Positions 1-13,010 of a stretch of 64,000 nucleotides of DNA are shown here, in pieces; within the stretch, counting starts at the first letter, position 1, and each line of letters begins with the position of its first letter. The notes beneath the pieces were generated by a model, which was not told the origin of the DNA, made no database searches, and saw nothing but the letters and a program-made list of their open reading frames with translations. A program made the translations under genes and the position numbers. Source of the stretch: Novakomyces olei. Lineage: Eukaryota. The stretch covers positions 248,001 through 312,000 of the forward strand of contig JADEYG010000012.1 of assembly GCA_016906335.1 (NCBI GenBank), given 5' to 3'.

Positions 1-726
1 CGGACCACCCCCCTCTTTGCTGGGCCCTGCTCCACTCAGGGATAACATCCTGGACTGAGGGTAGAGGCTAGTATTCCGCTTGGTGGAATGTTCATAACCA
101 GGAGAAGGCTGCTGTCTCGTATGGGATTTGTGGGGTAATTTGTGGATCTCCCTGCAATATCTTGGGGCAGTGGCCCCCTCTTCTGGGACTACATGCTGCA
201 GGCCCGGACCATATTCCGCTCAATTTTATTGGGGACAGGGGCTAGTTTTCCGCTGAAGTATGTCGGTGGCAGATTGAAGTTTGAGACTGCGAGTTCGACG
301 GACTTTTGGAACACGATTTTCCTTGACCCACTGTCTTTCCCATATCCGCTGTGTCCGGCACAACCCTTGTTTCAACTTCGCAGCGATAATGGCTCGCTTG
401 AAGCTCTCAAACCTGGTGGTTATGCTGTCATGGTGGTGAGTGCTATGGACTGTTCAGCGTCTTGGTGGGACACCGCCTACTTAGTGCTTCAGGCAGGACT
501 CTATCGCTTGTGGCCCCCTGGCTTTCTCCAATGGCTATTACACGTTCGTGTTTTGGACAAGTACAGTGCTGCATGGTTTCCATTAGTTGCCAGTCATTGC
601 TTTCGATTTTGACAATCGACAAAGCCGACATTCCTTCTAATGGTTCATGGTGCCATCAAGTTCATCATGGACCAGCAGAAGTTTTGTCGGCTCGTCGTCT
701 TTGCAAAATCTCTTTACTTTCTTTGA
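1..726 (+). other. Degenerate coding-like, GC-richer segment of unknown origin (possible mobile-element relic), open at the window start
   Basis: Frame +1 runs about 240 codons broken only by isolated stops (about 43, 136, 610). There is no ATG start or recognisable motif, and the segment is GC-richer than the DNA that follows. Confidence 0.2.
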
Positions 727-1021
727 ATTTTCTAACTTTATACAGGCTTACAGGATTGCAATATATTTTTAATTCGCATCGGGTTCAGTATATTCGCAAC
801 AAACGTAACTCAAGTACTTTTTAAAAGATCGTTAACACCGGGTTTCAGTGGCTCATCAAATACTCATTTTCAAAAGTTCACTTCATTGATTTGCAAATTT
901 TGCCTTGTTCATAGTGAACCATTAATCGTATTAAAGTTGACAATCAAAAAGCTACAGCATTTTACAGTATAATGTTTTTGGCATTATTATTGTAAAGTAC
1001 CCGCATTTTTAGCAGCATCTA

Positions 1022-1195
1022 GTTAAAGTTCCCCAGTTTAATGGCACATTTCAGATATTGGATCCTGATAAATTGATCCATATTCTGTAAAGAGTATTTG
1101 CTTAGCAAGGTTTACTCGATAAGCTATCTGTGGGCGAGGCTCAGAAATGGGCATTATTATACGAGAAAGCCCACGCAACGGAGAGCTCGTGCTAA
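1022..1195 (+). mobile_element. Possible decayed LTR-retrotransposon gag fragment
   Basis: Translates VKVPQFNGTFQILDPDKLIHIL*RVFA*QGLLDKLSVGEAQKWALLY. This resembles the P-x-F-x-G...G-x-A-x-x-W pattern of Ty3/gypsy-type Gag and contains in-frame stops. Confidence 0.3.
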
Positions 1196-1715
1196 TGTGA
1201 GATTTTTCAATAATGATCGAAAAATAGTGGATTTCTTTCAGTTGACGTGCTCTTAGCTGTGTTAATGTAGGTTGTAACATTAATTTTATCATCTCTACAT
1301 TTTATTTCGTCGTCGTCTTTTTATTCATTTCTCTGCTCGATTCATTGCTGTCTGCCAATTTATTGAAACTATTGTTACGCTGACAATTATATATAATCTA
1401 ATTTTGTTACCTCTTCGACGTGGCTGCATTTAAATTAATATGACTATAGGGTTGATTACTTACAAAATTTGTATATTGTTATTGCAGTATCTCCTTCCAC
1501 ATTGTCATTTACCAACTCGATATATTATTCCAAGAGCCTCTAAATTTCAGGCAAATAAATAATAATTAACGATATAATATAATATAATTCAAGATTAATC
1601 CGGCCGCTTATCGGAAACAGTCAAAGACCAAGACGGGTATGATTGGCTGTGAGCAGGCTTTGATCTCGGGCAGATCGACGCTAACTGTAAAGCAGCAAAT
1701 TGAGTACCGCCAAAA

Positions 1716-2899
1716 ATGGTTCAAATTCCTCCGCCGCAGAGCCTTCAAACGGGGCACTACTTCTCCACTCCGATGCGCCTTGCCGGAGGCGATTGTGTAC
1801 ACGTCAATGTCCCACTTTACGATGCGCCGGTCCCGACACGGTCACTGCAGCAAAAGCAGCAAACTAGCCGAGAGCAAGATCGGCAACAACGGATAGACCG
1901 ATCGCTCTTGCGTCAGCAAAAACGAGAGGCTCATCACCGTGGACAGGAACGGTCACGCCGGCGGCAGCGCTGGGAGAATGGTAAGGAAGCAATAGCCCCA
2001 AAATTGGTTTAATTTGATTTAAACTGGTTAAATTGGCAAAATGACATAAAATGGAAGGCAACTAGAGTGTAAAGCTAGTGTAAAGCTAGTGTAAAGCTAG
2101 TGTAAAGCTAGTGTAAAGCTAGTGTAAAGCTTAGTATCTTGCTTGCGTTTGCTTTAACGCTTACACTTAAAATATGTCTCTGGGCCGACTAATGGCAGAT
2201 AATTTTGTCGGTCTCTCATTCATCTGCGCTCCGGAGAAGGTCGATTTTGTGCCCGGCTGGAAGCACTCGTCTGTTGCCAATGCCGAGTTTCGTGCCATGG
2301 CGGAAATTTTGCCTCGTGCAGCAGAAATTGTACTGCATGAAAAGCAGCGACACGCCTTCCCAGCGACTGATGAGCCTGCAATCCCGCGTGGTTTAAGGCA
2401 CCTATGTCGTCGGGCTAATTGCAAAGGCGTCGTGCAGAAACTGGAGACCCGTGTCCGGTCGCGATTGCAGCCGATTGGCGAAGAATACGGAGACGAGGCC
2501 GAATGGGCCCATATCGATACTTGTACCTCAACAGAAGAAGCTGCAGCCTTTGAAAGGTTTTGGATTCATCGTCTTGGTGCTTTCTATTGCTTGCCGACGA
2601 AAAGTAGGGACTGTTTCAAGAGAAACCAATGCTTACATCTTTATCTAAACACATTTGCCTGTTTTTTTTTTCAATGACTTTTTCTCCCCTGTATTTTTGA
2701 GTATTCTCTAATACTATGCTTTTATTTTATATTTTTCGAGCTCTCTATGATTTCAAAATAATCAGTTATACTACATTTTTTTGATCTTTATCTTTTTCTT
2801 ACTAATTGGATAGCTATAGAGCACTCTGATGGAGCACGGCGTGTGTACATACAGTGCGATCGGAATTTAAAGGCGCAATGGCTCTGTGATTTGTTATAG
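1716..2899 (+). CDS. R3H-domain protein with R3H-associated N-terminal domain (R3HDM4-like), 3 exons
   Basis: Exons 1716-1980, 2199-2603 and 2814-2899 splice in frame. They give RRRQRWENDNF (R3H-assoc motif) and ERFWIHRLGAFYCL...GARRVYI (RxxxH motif); TAG at 2897-2899. Confidence 0.8.
2066..2131 (+). repeat. Intronic minisatellite (AGTGTAAAGCT)x6
   Basis: Six 11-nt copies read directly inside intron 1981-2198. Confidence 0.95.
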
Positions 2900-3075
2900 T
2901 ACGTTTGCTTCACTTATTGACTGATATACACGCGCTGTACATTAGAATGTCTAAGCGTAACGTTATTACAATTTATTTCCTTGTCTCGATGATAAACCGA
3001 TTGTTATTACTGTACAACACCACACGATCAACGCCACAAGTACCAGAAAATCAGAGAAAAGAACTACACAGCGAT

Positions 3076-4220
3076 TCACCGCTTGACCCGGCTTTGCCTG
3101 GCATGGGGCCTTTGTTCAAGAACATGGTTCACCATTGATTGCAGACTTGAATCAGTGGAATCTGCAGCGTCAAACCCACCATGAATTGCTTTGACGGGCG
3201 ACAGGCGTTCGTCTATTGAATCAGCATAAACGAATGAAGAACTGTCTCCTGAAGACAGTCGATTTATCAAAGCCTGTGCTTGTCGAAGCCTGTCGTGCAC
3301 ACCATCAAGCTCAGTCCTGACTTGTGCAAGCTCTCGATCCCTCGAGTCGACTTCGTCCATGTGTACATAATTTGGGGCTAAAAGCAGCTCACGAAGATCT
3401 GCTATACGCAACTGCATTTGTGCTGCCAGTTGAGCAACACTCTGAGCTTTTGCGGTTAATAATTGAGGCCTTTTCTTGTTCCATAGAGCATTCAATTCAT
3501 CTAGTGATCTGTTCATTGCCGTCTTTAAAAATTCGTTTTCGTCCGCTACTTCCCGGAAAAGTTCGGTTAACCTGTCAATCGTTTGCTGGCATAATTGGAA
3601 AGCGCCTCCATCAGCATTGGGCATCTCGGCAGCTTTGACATGTCGAGCAGCCAGAGCTAAAGGCGCTGTTCTAACTGTCATACTCGAGCCGCCCTTGCCC
3701 CGGCAATGTTTTTCCTTTATACGAGCCAGCTGAGCGTCCTTTTCGCGGATTCGAACTGCCGCCTGCTGCCTTACCTGCTGTTCTGCCGTCTCCAGCTTTG
3801 CCAGTTGCAGTTTAAGCTTTCGTGTGTCTCCACGGCTCTCTGCCAAGGCAGATTCTGTAGTTCTACAGTACTTAGAGAAATATTATATAGGCAAGCTTAC
3901 AGTAATTTGCCCTTGTAATCGTCAACGTGCCGAAGCGCAGTCTCCAGTCGAGACTCCAGCCCGGTCTGCTTTGCATTGGCCGAGTCGAGACTATCACGAG
4001 CCTTTGACAAATCGCTTTGTAACTGCTCAAAAATGGCTCCGTCTTTTTCACGCTGACGTAGTAGCATGTAAACAACGTTTACCGTATCGGCCGCAGTAGT
4101 AGTTGTGAAGGAAAGAGGCTGGATTCCTTGTGACTCGAGCGCGTGATTAACGAATTTCACAGACGCGTCAAGATTGTCATCGTCACAGAAGCGCACGTGA
4201 CGAACTTGTTCGCGATCCAT
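3076..4220 (-). CDS. Coiled-coil ADIP/SSX2IP-family (Msd1-like) microtubule-anchoring protein, 2 exons
   Basis: N-terminus DDNLDASVKFVNHALESQG...TVNVVYMLLRQREKD fits the Afadin/alpha-actinin-binding family. A 38-nt intron (3863-3900, GTAAGC...TAG) joins it in frame to the coiled-coil ORF 3076-3846. Confidence 0.7.
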
Positions 4221-4620
4221 ATTGTTTCTTCCGTTTTGTAATTTGCCTTTTCGGTTTCAAAGGGGAAAGGTCGTTTGTTGCTCTAAAGCCTATTCTGAAC
4301 AAACGAGACTCTGTCGCATTGCTGTTAGCGTTTGTTTACATTGTAAACACGCAGTATTTACCTGTATATTCAATCGCAAATCTGATGCAAAAAGGATTTA
4401 TATAGTAGAATTATGATTGTATGGAACCACAATCACCAACGATCACTAAGCTTCCACTCATTTCCGACAATACAAAGAAGCAGCTCGAGTACACGATTCA
4501 GTAAACGGCCCTCTATCGATGCTTTATTTATCCACACAAACAGTTTATATATTAAGCACAACATTTGTAAGAATAGTATAAAATACAATTAATTACTGAC
4601 ATATAATAAATTATAAATTA

Positions 4621-4693
4621 TAAATAATAAATAATAAATAATAAATAATAAATAATAAATAATAAATAATAAATAATAAATAATAAATAAATA
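4621..4693 (+). repeat. Microsatellite (TAAATAA)n, about 10 copies, in a divergent promoter region
   Basis: Read directly from the sequence. Confidence 0.95.
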
Positions 4694-4848
4694 CAGTGTA
4701 GACAATTTACTAATATATATAAATCTAAAAACAGCGAGCTGGACGAATTTGTAAAAAGTAGCCATAATAATTAATATATGTAGTACAGCTATCAGCATCT
4801 TCTCCAGTATTAATAAACTCAACACATGAACGCTGGCCAATTGCCAAG

Positions 4849-6844
4849 ATGAGCAAATCAAAGAAGCGGGTGTCTTATTTTTACGACGGTTCGTTGACTT
4901 GAAGATTTTGACTTTTGTTTTCGTTAATATGGCCTTTTTGAAATCCAATTGCTAATGCAACCAACCAGCCGACGTCGGGAACTATCATTATGGTACGCGA
5001 ACCGTATACACGCACTCTTCATATAAAAGGGCCAAAGATGCCTCCTGATCCTCTCTGCTTTTGCCTGTGTCTTGTATGAATCGTCTAACTATAAAGGCCC
5101 GAATCACCCGATGAAACCGTTTCGTATGCGGATGGTAATGCCGAGAAAAATAGATATTTAATAATCAAATTACTAATATTTAAAGGTGCACAATCTCGTT
5201 GTCAACTACGGGCTTCATGCCAACATGAATATTCTGGTAAATCAAAATGCGCTTACCATCTGATCTGACTTGAAGCTGCCAAAACGTGCTACGCCGATGG
5301 ATATGACTCGGTGCCATACGGACGAGTATATTGATTTTCTTTACCGCGTGACTCCGGACACAATGGACAAGTTTCAGCTCCATCAATCAAAATGTATTTG
5401 CTTTTTATGGAAGAGAGCTAATCATAGTCAACGTTGGAGACGACTGCCCTTTATTTGACGGCCTGTTCGAGTTTTGTTCAATCTCTGCCGGCGGCTCTAT
5501 CGGTAGGCTATATATATATTTTTAACATTACAAGTACTAATTCTAGGCGCTGCTAATCAGCTTAATAACGGCGATTCTGATATAGCGATCAAGTACTTTT
5601 TTGTTGCTTTTAGTCTATTGTTTCTATATTTTTGTCGCTATTTCTCAATTCTAACCGACAGCTGGTCTGGCGGACTGCACCACGCAAAAAAACGTGAAGC
5701 TTCCGGGTTCTGTTATGTGAACGATATCGTACTCGCTGCCTTGGAGCTTTTACGGTACCGTAAACGTATCATGTACATTGACATTGATGTTCATCACGGA
5801 GACGGTGTTGAAGAATTCTTCTACACTACTGATAGAGTTATGACTTGCTCTTTCCATAAATTTGGAGAATATTTCCCAGGCACTGGAAGCATTAAGGACA
5901 CGGGTATTGGAAAGGGTAAAAACTATGCAGTAAATATCCCACTTAAAGACGGCATAAATGACGAGACTTATGCGAGCGTTTTCCAACCTGTTATTCGACA
6001 CATTATTGAATGGTACCGTCCCGAGGCAATTATTCTCCAGTGCGGAGCAGACTCCTTAGCAGGAGACCGTCTGGGATGTTTCAATCTTTCCATGGACGGC
6101 CATTCGCAATGTGTACGTTATGTAAAGAGTTTCGGGATTCCCATGATTGCAGTTGGAGGCGGTGGATACACTATTCGTAATGTTGCTCGGACATGGACAT
6201 ATGAGACTAGTATTCTTAATGACATTCAACTTGATAAAGGTATATTTAGAAAACGATTGTGTTTTGCTTTATTTCATTTTATTTTATTTTATTTTATTTC
6301 ATTTTATTTTATTTTATTTTATTTTGTTTTATTTTATTTTATTTTATTTTATTTTATTTTATTTTATTTTATTTTATTTTATTTTATTTTATTTTATTTT
6401 ATTTTATTTTATTTTATTTTATTTTATTTTATTTTATTTTATTTTATTTTATTTTATTTTATTTTACTTTATTTTACTTTATTTTATTTTATTTTATTTT
6501 ATTTTATTTTATTTTATTTTATTTTATTTTATTTTATTTATTTATCAATTGCTAATCAACAGACTTGCCTTTTAACGACTACCTCGAATACTATGGACCG
6601 GACTACAAGCTCAACGTGGAGCCAAATAATATGGAGAATCAGAATTCTCGGCAGTACCTCGACAAGATAATGTAAGGTTGACCGTGTATTTATGATCTAA
6701 CGCAGCAGATCGCAAGTGGTCGAGAATCTTCGTAGTATGCCGTTTGCTCCAAGTGTGCAGACACAAAACATTCCAAACGGTTTAGATTCGTTCTTCAAGT
6801 TTGATCAGGTCGATCCTTCGAGTGCAGCAACGAGTGCTTCTTGA
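4849..6844 (+). CDS. clr6: Class I histone deacetylase (Clr6/Rpd3), about 10 exons
   Basis: Spliced translation [42 protein letters not shown]...[11 protein letters not shown]...[19 protein letters not shown]...[29 protein letters not shown]...PFAPSVQ closely matches S. pombe Clr6 as recalled. Introns are canonical. Confidence 0.95.
6266..6538 (+). repeat. Intronic microsatellite (TTTTA)n, about 54 copies
   Basis: Lies inside the clr6 intron (about 6240-6562), just upstream of the branch point GCTAAT. It explains the spurious FILFY ORFs. Confidence 0.97.
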
Positions 6845-7603
6845 GTCGATATAGATGAAGATGCTATCTGTTTTGTTTTTATTAATTTTATCATTATCTT
6901 GAAGTGTTCTAATCAATCTTGGGATTTTCAATATTTTCTGGCTTTTAACAGTGGCACGCTTTGCCGTTTATAGGGAAATGCAACGCGACCATATAAACGA
7001 GCCTCATTGCTGTTTTAATTATTGCTTGTAAACATGCCTTACACTACGGCTACAAATTACGACTACCTTTCTCACCATACAATTCAGTCCTTTAGATGTT
7101 TAGCAAATAAATTCACCATACTATTTAAGCAACCATCGCATAAAGACACTGCTTTTTCATGTAAATAGTTGTTCACTTAGATCAAGTTCATTTAGTACAA
7201 TGTTCATGACAAAAATCAGGCGTCATTGGCCTGTAATTCATGTCTGGACTTTATATCGCAGTACATTTGCAAATGCTATCGAACCAATTTTGATACGATC
7301 GCCGTAAAGCCAGGCACAGGATAAAATAACAAATTTAACATTCGGAACGTTGGATTTATAATGGGATGATAGTAACAAATTTAGTAAACAAGCAAATGAA
7401 AAAAATAATGAAAAGTCAGTCATGACAAAAAAACGGTAAATATAATGGAAAAGTAAATGTAACGGAAAAGTAAATTAAAAAATGTGCAAGACAAATTCAG
7501 AACAAATAGAGTGCGAATTTGAATCAATTAGTCTGCAAGTGTGCCACGACACCACGACATAACAACGCGCTGCCTTTTAGCCTTAATATATATCTTGATC
7601 GTC

Positions 7604-9817
7604 TCATTTTGGAGTCTCCAATTTGTCCGAGTCGTTTACCGGTACTTTTTCCTCCTCTGGAGGCTCCAAATTATTCATACTTTCCCTCAATTGAAGCCGT
7701 CGCATACTGTGTTCCATCCGTGAAGACGCGGCCTCGGAAAGGTTTTCGTCTCCATTGCTAGCTTGATCTTGGGTTTCATCCTGATTTTCCTTTTCCCTGA
7801 TCGAACTCTCGTTGAATGGCTCAATTGCCTTCACAGGCTCACGAGCTTGAGCTCTCCTTTCACGCTGGTCTTGTATCAAATCCCGTGTCGGCTGTCCCAT
7901 TCGCTCAAGCTCCTTCCAACGTTCTTCATGCTCCCGTTTACGCTCCGGCTCTTCTTGCTTTTGCAATGTATATTCCTGCTGACACATTTCATACAATTTA
8001 GGGTTAATTTCCATAAACATTTTCAATGAACTGTAAATCATGTTGTGAATAGTCTTGTTCCAATGTGTCTTTGAGTTCTCATATAGCGCAGGGAAAATAA
8101 TTGGTAGAATAACGTCCACATTGTCGCTCACCAGATTACAAAAATAATCATTGCTCCAAAGGTAGAGCGACCGTTCAGCTACCTGAAAATGCTGGCTAGA
8201 AACGCACCTGGCCAGTTGGTAAAACAGCGGCTGCTCAATTTTGACAAACTCGTTTGGCTCCATGACCTCAAAGATATCTTCGACTTCGTTAAGGAACATG
8301 ACCTCCTTGGGACTGTTGACTTTTGGCCAAAACCGGAGCAGTCCATGCACAACATCCTCGGTTAGAGTTGGGTCTTTTTCTAGAAACTGTACAATACAAT
8401 ACGCAAGTTGTGGATGGTATATCCCTAACGGCCGCGCTTTGTGCAGAGGAAGAAGGACGCGTGTCAGGAACGTTTTGTGTTCTTCTTTTAGAGGCAGAGC
8501 GAAGCCATTAATAATACTGCCAAGAATCTCCAACAGCTCAGGGATCCCATTAAACCGTTCCGTTTCATACACAAAATGGAAAAACACATTGTTCATTGAG
8601 CGCCGGATGAAAGAACGTAAATTTAAAAATTTACCATAAACCCGGTGCAGTGTTGTCTTTAAAAAGTCGCGTTCCCTTGGATCCTCGGAATCAAACAGCT
8701 CCAGCAATTGCAACACAAACTGCTGGTCAATGTAGGCCTTTGCTATATTTGTATTGAAATCTTGGGACTCTATGAATCGAAGAAAGACCTCATAAACCAG
8801 CCTTAAATGTGGCCAGGTTACCTCGAGAACTGGCTCGTCCTCCTCCGGATCAAAGGCGTCCCCGTATGGGTTTACCGGTGGTGGAATCGGCCTAAATAAA
8901 TTGACGCGAAACATGTTTATAATCTCGGGATAAACGTTCTCCGTCAACACTCCGCGATTACGTGAAAAGTAGTCCACGAGTTCCGTTAATGTTTCACGCT
9001 TTATTTCCTTGCCAGAAATATCGGCTGAAGCATCCTCAAAATCGAATATAATATTACACTGCTCAATTTTTTGGCAAAGCAAACTGCCCCTTTCCGAAGG
9101 CGAAACATCTGCTAGCAAAGGCAATCGACTTATGTCTTTGGATTCTGAGGGCTGAAATCGCGAAGAGTGTTGCCTCTTAGGTGAGCGTAAAAGCTCATTT
9201 GCTATGTCTTTAGGTGTCGCCTGTAACCGGTCAAAACTGACAGAGCCAGGCGTGTGTTTAAGACTCAAATCACCGGGCATTATCTCGGTAGCGCCTGGAG
9301 GTGTAGGGACCTGGGGTAAGAAGGAGCATGAAAAAATAATCGTAAATAGAATGAAAACAAAAGAATAAGGAAATATATAAATTGAATAAAAATTTGAGAC
9401 CATACCACGGGAGAAGGGTACATCGGGATACTGTTAGATTTAAGATCTTGTGGAGACGAAATTCCATGATGGTCTTTGTTGGAAACTGGCGACGCAGCAA
9501 AAGGTGAAAAGTCATTATGTTCCGAGTTTTGTGGGTCTTTTCCGGGCGAGTCTTTTGACTTTTTGGTATCAGACCGCGACTGCTTGTCCTTGCTTGACTT
9601 TCCATTATTGCTGGATCCAGATTGAGACGAAGACGTGGAAGACGAAGAAGAATCTTTTTTACGAGAACTTGACTTTGAAGAGTCGCTCTGGCTTCTACTC
9701 CGGGACAGCTGTTTGTTCCAACTGTCAGTCTTGTTGCTCCTAAAGATAGGGGAAATAGGATAAATAAAATAAAATAAAAGTCAATGGAATTACCACTTTG
9801 TTTTTAAACCCTTTCAT
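7604..9817 (-). CDS. par1: PP2A regulatory subunit B56/B' (Par1/Rts1), 3 exons
   Basis: Start [21 protein letters not shown]56 motifs [35 protein letters not shown] and [14 protein letters not shown] are present. Confidence 0.95.
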
Positions 9818-10967
9818 GTCCGACTCGTCTGGTATTTGAAAGGGCCGTGTGCTGAATTGTGACTGCGATCTTGGATTCACTCAAAATAAATCAACAGTAC
9901 TAAACTCCGTGTTCCCCGCAAATGAAATGTTAAATAAAAACAAGAATCAAATCACTCCAGGCGAACAATTAAACTCTGATCCAATTTCCGATTGCCAATC
10001 CCAAACCCTTTATTTTGCCGTATTTTGAAAAAATGCAGCAAGCGCTCAACAGTATTTGTCAATTGTTCAATAGGATAAATGCTACCGGTACCTCCGGTCA
10101 ATCTAGTAACAAAGGAGATAAGAAGAGAAGCGGCAGCAATTAAGATTAGGAAGCGAGCGCTTTGATGGGAATCGTGTAAATCCAGGCAAGTAAAATCAGA
10201 AATCAAAACTACAATGCTTGAAAAGGAGAGGAAAAGGAAGACGAAGCAAAAGGTATCAGGCAGGGTCTTCACTTTATAAATCCCCTCTTCGGTCTGCACC
10301 GCAGCCAACAAAAGCAGACGCGGCAGCGTGAACGGCGAACTGATGCAAATCTTACGCACTGCCGCGCTCCAATCGCCTTACACCCTGTCTGAGATTGAAG
10401 AATGCCTTGCGCGTACTTTGGTGCACATATAATAGTACTTTATAGTAATTCTACGTATCTCCAAAGCAGACAAAAATTACACACATAAACTTAAAGCCAA
10501 GTGTGCTTGAAGTGTGAATGTCTCGTTTACGTATAAAATAATAATTATTTATTAAAAGGACTTGGCTGTGGATTCGCTATGGAGATTGAATTGCCTGACT
10601 CAGTTCTTGTTTAATATCGGCGGTAGGCTAAAAATCAACTACTCACGTCCGTTCAATGGCGTCTTCAAATTCTGGTTTTGAACTTGTCCCTTGCTAAATA
10701 GCAGCACAGGCCTCGTTTACTAAGGAGATTGTTTCATGTCTAAATTTTTTCTCTTACATAACGCGAAATTCCGGGTGATGTTTGTGACAGCGAGCGCACA
10801 AATGTATGTTACTTGTTACTTGTCATCCGCTTAACTGCAGAATTAATAGAGATAATGACTATCGAGTATTGATTGAATATTTAATTGGTAAATATAAAAA
10901 GTAGATAAATAATAAATAAATAAATAGATAAATAAACTGATAAACATTACAGGCTGCTTTCAGTTCA

Positions 10968-12731
10968 ATGAGCGCGAGAGACGAAAGGCTCAATGTAAGT
11001 CTGACAGATCGGCCATTAGTGGCGGTGGAAGTTCCCGTCAAAGTTGTTGATTATAACCGTGCAATTTTATCGCTCGGTGGCCCTGCGGCCGTGAAGAAGG
11101 TAGATTTATATCACCGTGAACTTGTCAATATAAACGTCGGGCGTTCGCCCACTAACACTAAAGTTTTGTTCACAATCGTCTACCGCGACTTTTACGTTCC
11201 GACCACAGGATCGGCATGCCCATCCTCTCGTATCCCACGCGCAACGTACAAACAGTATAGTCATACGAAGACGGCGACGGCGTGACGCAACAGAGCAGTT
11301 TAGTGTGGTTGGCTGTGTTTCTCAGGTTTATAGATTTTCGGGTAAGAAGAGCGGCAAGCTAGTATTTCTAACAAAAGGCCTTGCAGATTACCAATTCATA
11401 ACAAAGGATTCAAAATTTACGCGTAACTTTGAAGACTGTCTTCTCACTGGCGATGGTATGACAACGCAATTAATTAATTAATTATTTTTCTTTTTAAAAA
11501 TTAATCAAATAGTGGAAAAAATTCTTTCCTTTCGTGTCCCCGAGGAAGAAGATGACTTGTCTAATCTTGATGTACCGCCGCCACCTGTGTTCACCGACTC
11601 GGAACTGCCGTTTAATTATTGGTAACTTCCAGTATCTTCTATCTATCTGACCTCCAGGTTCCGTCAAACCAATTATTTGCGAGAAGTCACCACGGAAAAC
11701 GGTACGAGTGTAATTGCTCCAAGCTCTTTTTATACTCGGGCAACAATGCCCTCGGCTCGTTTTGAAGACGCGGCAGTTCCAGATTCTCCGCCCAGCTCTC
11801 TTCCCCACGGCAGTCGTGGACCTGTACGGGCCCTGGTTGACAAACTCCGTGATGCGTTTGCCAAAAGGCCGATGCACACACGTCGTTCTCTCCTCGCCGT
11901 AGCCGGGAAAGAGGCCGAATCTTTACTAAAGTATGCTATACCACATATAGCTTACTTTTGGCAGAATGGGCCTTTCCGTGAGTGTTATGCCCGATACGGG
12001 TTTGATCCAAGGCAGGACAGTGCCAATGCAATTTTCCAGACAATTAGTATTCAATTAAAGACGGCCGTGGCACCAGAAGTACTGTCTAGCTTTAAGGAAG
12101 AGTATGCAAGATAAATGAAAAGATTAAAGAATTATTAGTTATTTCATTTCTTGACTATTTGGTCATACTAATAACAGCCCCACTTCAGCGCACTTGTTCG
12201 ACGAGACGCATATGAATCTCAAATCAAAGACGTACCAAGTCTGTGATATGATTGACGCGGATGTAGCAGAGTTGTTTGCAACTGCAAGCCTCCGCACACA
12301 ATGCCATGTGAGTGCATTATAAAATATGAAAATATAATTGTTTTATGTTATTTCATTTTAATTATTCATTTATTTTCTCGTACTTACGGTAGCCACAATA
12401 CGGATTTTATCACAATTCAAGACTCAACAAGGTTCGGTCACTTGTACGGGCTAAATTGGCAGCCTTTGCAGACAACACGAGCCTTTCTCCGGCCGCGATA
12501 GACGATATAATGAGAAAAGAAGAGAAGTTGGAGGAAGACGATGAAGAGGAAGAAGAGCTAGCTCGACAGTCTAAAGAAGCTACTGATGCTGTTACACCGC
12601 CAGAAAAAATAGATGAGATTTCTCCTATACAAGATCTCGATGAATATGCCACAGAGCAGATGCGCCGGCTCGTGGGAGATCTGGGAATGGACCAGGAAAC
12701 GGAAGATTTTACTGGAATTTTCGGTGATTGA
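10968..12731 (+). CDS. sfc1: TFIIIC subunit tau95 (Sfc1/Tfc1), multi-exon
   Basis: Motifs AVEVPVKV...SLGG, FRPQDRHAHP, YRFSG|LADYQF and FAKRPMHTRRSL...YFWQNGPFRECYARYGFDPRQD, followed by an acidic C-terminus. Confidence 0.88.
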
Positions 12732-13010
12732 TTGATCAGGTTCGAACTGAAATGTAAATATAGATTTTTTTTGTGCATTATTTTACACAGTGCACACGTA
12801 GCACACGTAGCACACGTATTGAATTGTATAGAGCGCCTGTTTTTTATTTTTTTATTTATTTTTTATACTGATAATAATTGCAGGTCAGACTCTATATGGA
12901 ATTAATCATAGATTACTATCCACCCCAAACATTACAAACATAACGAGACCTACAGCATAAATCCATGAAACCAAAAGACTGTAACAAAAAGCTATTCTAA
13001 AGATGCCATT

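Noticed and set aside
5670-5690. Possible alternative CUG genetic code
   Set aside because: CTG encodes the invariant Leu of the HDAC GGLHHA motif, consistent with the standard code.
6147-6575. ORFs encoding FILFY repeats, and the apparent hydrophobic C-terminal extension of the HDAC ORF
   Set aside because: These are translations of an intronic (TTTTA)n tract; splicing at about 6240-6562 restores the conserved [15 protein letters not shown].
6780-6808. Possible extra 29-nt intron giving an alternative clr6 C-terminus
   Set aside because: It is shorter than the other introns here, lacks a good branch point, and the read-through frame already ends plausibly at 6844.
9952-10359. 135-aa minus-strand ORF upstream of par1
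   Set aside because: It has a non-ATG start and no motif; it is more likely par1 5' UTR or promoter sequence.
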